A stretch of DNA of 64,000 nt from the NCBI RefSeq assembly GCF_036321535.1, contig NC_087436.1:83330001-83394000 (forward strand), read 5' to 3'. Origin of the DNA: Camelus dromedarius (Eukaryota). The translations under genes and the position numbers were made by a program. A model generated the notes under the pieces. That model was given only the letters and a program-made list of their open reading frames with translations, made no database searches and was not told the DNA's origin. The number at the start of each line of letters is the position of its first letter. The first letter of the stretch is position 1. This document shows, piece after piece, positions 59,886-64,000 of this stretch.

Positions 59886-61321
59886 CAGTCAAGCAAGACA
59901 TGTAAAATGAATTTTTGGCTTTTCTTGAAACTTGGAAGGTCTGGCAGCATGACCTGTCTTCCCAGATGGTGCCAGTTGGCTAGGGTTCAATGGGGGCTCT
60001 TTGAACGAGGCTTATATGTGCCCAAGTCACCACTGTAGCTTGATTTTGACATTGAGGAAAGGATCACGTGCTAATTATCATCTAACTGCCAGCCTGTGTT
60101 AGTCGTCTTATGTCAGCTGCCTGAACCCTACGGGCCACCTCTGATTCAGGATTACGTGTGTGAAAATGTCACCCATCCCTGGCCTTGTTCTCCCTGTGTA
60201 TTAGAATGGCGGGCTCTTGCCTGCCACCTTTGCCTTGGCTCCTCAGTTTGATTGCAGACTGGCTTGGGGTATATGCATGGCTTTTTAGGATCCCCCATCT
60301 GTGGATTATGTGTAAATTTGAGTGATGTCAGAAAACCGAGTGTTAATTTGGTTATTGTGTCTAGTGAAGCCATGCACAGCAGATACATTGGAGGTGAGTC
60401 CTTGCCAGTTTAGCAGATTAATCACTGACATTTAGGTGATATTTCCCTGCAGGGCTTTTGTAGGGCTTTTGGAGGTCAGCAGTGATTTCTAAAAGCAAGG
60501 TGTATTTAAATAAGTTTATTTAACTCAGCAAGATTGTCACATAATAGATAATCAATGCTAGACACATACTGGGTTTTTAATAAGGTTTTTAATTACCTCG
60601 AAAAAACAAAATATTTTTCAAAAAAATGGATGAGTCTTCTAAACAGGTTTATATGCCAAGTTTAAAATGGTGGCTAACAATGAACTCTGTTTTCACCTGC
60701 TGATTTAGAAATTCTAAAAAGATAGACTTTTCTGTTTTATCAGTTTGTGAATAATTATTCACTGAATTATAAAATGTTAAGAGCTGAAGTAAGCCTTATG
60801 AGTTATTTAGCCAACTGCTTTGTTTCTAGGTGAGAAAACAGAGGCCTGGAGAAGTTACACAATTTTTCCACCAATTCCATTAGCTATAAAAGCCAGTTTT
60901 TCTGACTTCTATCCTTTCTGTGATTTGCTGCTGAATAAAATGATTCTAAAGAGCCCTAATTCTTTTTGACTCTGAAAAAGAAGTTGCTGGTGTTAAAATA
61001 TATGTTATCATGACTGTGGTCTCTGAATGGAGGTGCTTAAGTGAGCAACTTTCTATAACTTTTTTATAGTTCCTTCCTCTTAATATTTGATAAGCAAATA
61101 TGATGCCATCTTGAATACCAGATGCTCATCTCCTCTTCAGTAGTTAAGGGAGTTATTATAGAAAATTAGGTGAAATTACTGTGTGACCTTTTATGACTTC
61201 TGTGGAAGTTTTTCTGTTTTATACAATACTAGTAGAAATAAAAGTTCAAATTTTTTGATCTCTTGGATTTTAACCTAAAATGCTAAAACTATTTCATACA
61301 CTAATTTGTTTTTCTGACTAC

Positions 61322-63235
61322 TTTTTTTTAGATATAATTGACACGTATAACATATTAGTTTCCAGTGTATAACATAGTGACTTGGTATTCACATACCCTG
61401 TGAAATGATCACCATAGTAAGTCTAGTTACTTTCTGTTACCATACATAGTTAAAAATTTTTTTTTCTTGTAATGAGAACTTTTAAGATTTACTCTCTTTG
61501 CAACTTTAGCAGCTAAAATATGCGATACAGTTTTATTAACTGTAGTTACCATGTTGTGTGTTATATCACTGTGACTCATTTATTTCATAACTGGAAGTTT
61601 GTACCTTTGACCCATTTCGCCCACCTGCCATCCCCTCTCCCCTGTGGCAGCCACTAAACTGTCTCTTACCTAGGAGCTTGTTGTGTTGTTTTGATTTGAT
61701 TTATTTGTTTAGATTCCAAATATAAGTGAGATCAGACAGTATTTGTCTTTCTCTTTCTGACTTATTTCACTTAGCATGATGCCCGCAAGGTCCATTCATG
61801 TTGTCAAAAATGGCAAGATTCCATTCTTTCTTATGTCTGAGTGTTACCTAACCAAACTTGGGTCCTCTCACCTGCCTGCAGTAAAGCCAATCTACTAACA
61901 CTGGGTTGGGTGAAAAAAAAAAAAGTGCAGCGTTTATTGCGGGGCACAAGGTAAAGAGTTGAGGGCAGCTAGTACTCAAAAGACTCCCCAATGGGTTTCA
62001 GGAAAACGTTTTTAAAGGCCAGGTGAGGGAAGGGAGTTGCAGGGTTTTGTGATCAGCTTGTGCACAGTTCTCTGACTGGTTGCTGGTGAAGTAACAGTGC
62101 ACCGTCACATTATCAGTCCTCAGGCTCCAGGAGGTCTGGGTGCAACATGCTCATGGTCATAAAGTAGTTAGTTTCTTCCATTTGGTGGAGGTTTTCACAT
62201 CTGCAAAACAACTCAGGAAGTGTGCATCAGATACTGCTATCCAGGGACTTCAGAGAGGAGCTGAAGCAGAGGCTATAGGGGAGTGGTCTGTCCCAGGAAG
62301 GCCCCATTAGGGTCCCGCTTGGTTACAAGAGTATTATTCCATTGTGTGCATGTACACCTCATCTTCTTTATCCATTCATCCATCTGTGGCCACTTAGGTT
62401 GTTTCCATATCTTGGCTACTGTAAATAAGGCTGCAATGGGGGTACATATATCTTTTTAAATTAGTGTTTTTGTATTCTTTGGATAAATACCCAGAAGTGG
62501 AATGGCTGGATCATATGGTAGTTCTATTTTTAATTTTTTGAGTTGTCTCCATACTGTTTTCCATAGTGGCTGCACCAATTTACATTCCTACCAACAGTGC
62601 ATGAGGGTTCCCTTTTCTCTATGTCCTTGCCCACAGTTGTTATTTTTTTGTCTTTTTGATGATAGCCATTCTGACAGGTGTGAGGTGGTATCTCATAGTG
62701 GTTTTAATTTGCATTTCCCTGATGATTAGTGATGTTGAGCATCTTTCATGCGCCTGTTGCCATCTGTGTGTCGTTTTTGGAGAAATGTCTGTTCAGGTTC
62801 TCTGTCCCAGTTTTTAGTAGGGTTGTTTGTTTTCTTTCTATTGAGTTTTGTAAGTTCTTTGTATATTTTAGTTGTTAACCACTTATCAGATCTTAGTTTG
62901 ATGTAGTTCCATTTGTTTATTTTTGCTTTTGTTGCCTTTGATTTTGAAGTCAGATCCAAAAAATCATTGCCAAGAATGATGGCAAGTTGCTTACTACCTG
63001 TGTTTTCTTCTAGGAGTTTTATGGTTTCAGATCTTACATTCAAGTCTTCAATCCATTTTGAGTTAATTTTTATGTATGATAAGTAACATGATGATCCAAT
63101 TTCATTCCTTTGTGTGCCTGTCCAGTTTTCCCAGCACCATTTATTGAAAAGACCATCCTTTTCCCATTGTATGATCTTGCCTCCTTTTTCATAACTTAAT
63201 TGGCCATATGTGCATGGGTTTATTTCTACACTTAA
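61322..63235 (-). mobile_element. L1 3' region (artiodactyl type) interrupted by an LTR
   Basis: ORF 62726-63262 resembles the ORF2 C-terminal region (LFNKWCWENW...[23 protein letters not shown]). Confidence 0.85.
61842..62327 (-). mobile_element. Solo ERV1-like LTR nested in L1
   Basis: Termini TGTTACC...GGTTACA; near-TSD TGAG/AGAG; minus-strand AATAAA near 61935; splits the L1 motif atg.ctgag|ta.tattcc. Confidence 0.8.
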
Positions 63236-63274
63236 CCACTTTTCAATGATAGTAATAAACAATAGGTGAATTTT

Positions 63275-63805
63275 TTCCCCAGCTTTATTGAGGGATAATC
63301 AACAAATTCTGTATATTTAAATGTACAGCATGATGATTTAATATGCATGTACATTGTGAAATGACTACAGAGACCAAGTTAATGAACACATCCATCACCT
63401 GACATAGTTAACTTTTCTGTGTGTGTCTTGAGAATGCTTAAGATGTGCTCTCAGCAAATTTCCAGTATATGATACTGTGTTATTAATTTTAGTCACCATG
63501 CTGTAAATTAGCTCCTTAGGACTTATAACTGAAAGGATCATACCCTACATCTCTCCGTCTCCTCCCCTCTTCCCACCAACCCCTACCCCAATCCCTGGCA
63601 ACTACCATTCTTCTGTTCCTATGACATCGGCTTTCTTTCTTTTTCTTTTTTCTTTTTGCGGATTCCACATATAAGTGATATCATACATTATTTGTCTTTG
63701 TCTAGCTTATTTCACTTAGCATAATGCCCTTCAATTTCACCTATGTTGTTGCAGGTGGCAGGACTGCCTTTTTATGGCTGAATAATATTCCATTGTGTGT
63801 GTATC
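63275..63805 (-). mobile_element. L1 3' end
   Basis: ccagctttattgag...gattccacatataagtgatatcatac...tatggctgaataatattccattg. Confidence 0.8.
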
Positions 63806-63859
63806 TTACAATAAATGGGCTTTTATGTGTTAAATTCTTTAGCTTGGTAGTAGTGAAGT

Positions 63860-63970
63860 CAGTATAGCATACGGATTAGAGAATGTGCTTTAGTCAAAAG
63901 GAACTGGGTTCAGGCCTCACCTCTGGCCTACTACCCATGTAACCTTAGGCAAGTGTCCTCATTTATAAAT
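63860..63970 (+). mobile_element. MIR fragment
   Basis: actgggttcaggcc...ctctggcc.act...tgtaaccttaggcaagt. Confidence 0.6.
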
Positions 63971-64000
63971 AAGAGAAAGCATGGAAAGGCCTTCCTTGCC

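Noticed and set aside
59391..64000. Further HERC3 exons, the HECT domain, or the nested imprinted retrogene NAP1L5
   Set aside because: No matching coding sequence found; these are expected downstream of the window

Overview
Mammalian (very probably camelid) genomic DNA covering the 5' two-thirds of the coding region of HERC3 (HECT and RCC1-like-domain E3 ubiquitin ligase 3) on the + strand. Fourteen coding exons with canonical GT-AG boundaries join into an uninterrupted 1911-nt frame (637 aa) from the ATG at 4364 to 59390. This covers the RCC1-like beta-propeller and part of the linker. The promoter/first exon and the HECT domain lie outside the window. Introns, including one of about 30.7 kb, are filled with L1, L2, MIR, HAL1, MaLR/ERV LTRs, DNA-transposon fossils and tRNA-derived vic-1-type SINEs. 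No prokaryotic-type system, CRISPR array or true RNA gene was seen. Best leads: a read-through/intronic-polyadenylation signature giving a 368-aa RCC1-only isoform, an antisense solo LTR with a phased five-CCAAT array plus octamer and TATA, a candidate recursive splice site in the long intron, and an in-frame uORF. Repeat family names and comparisons to human HERC3 are from recognition or memory, not database searches. Repeat boundaries without target-site duplications (TSDs) are approximate.
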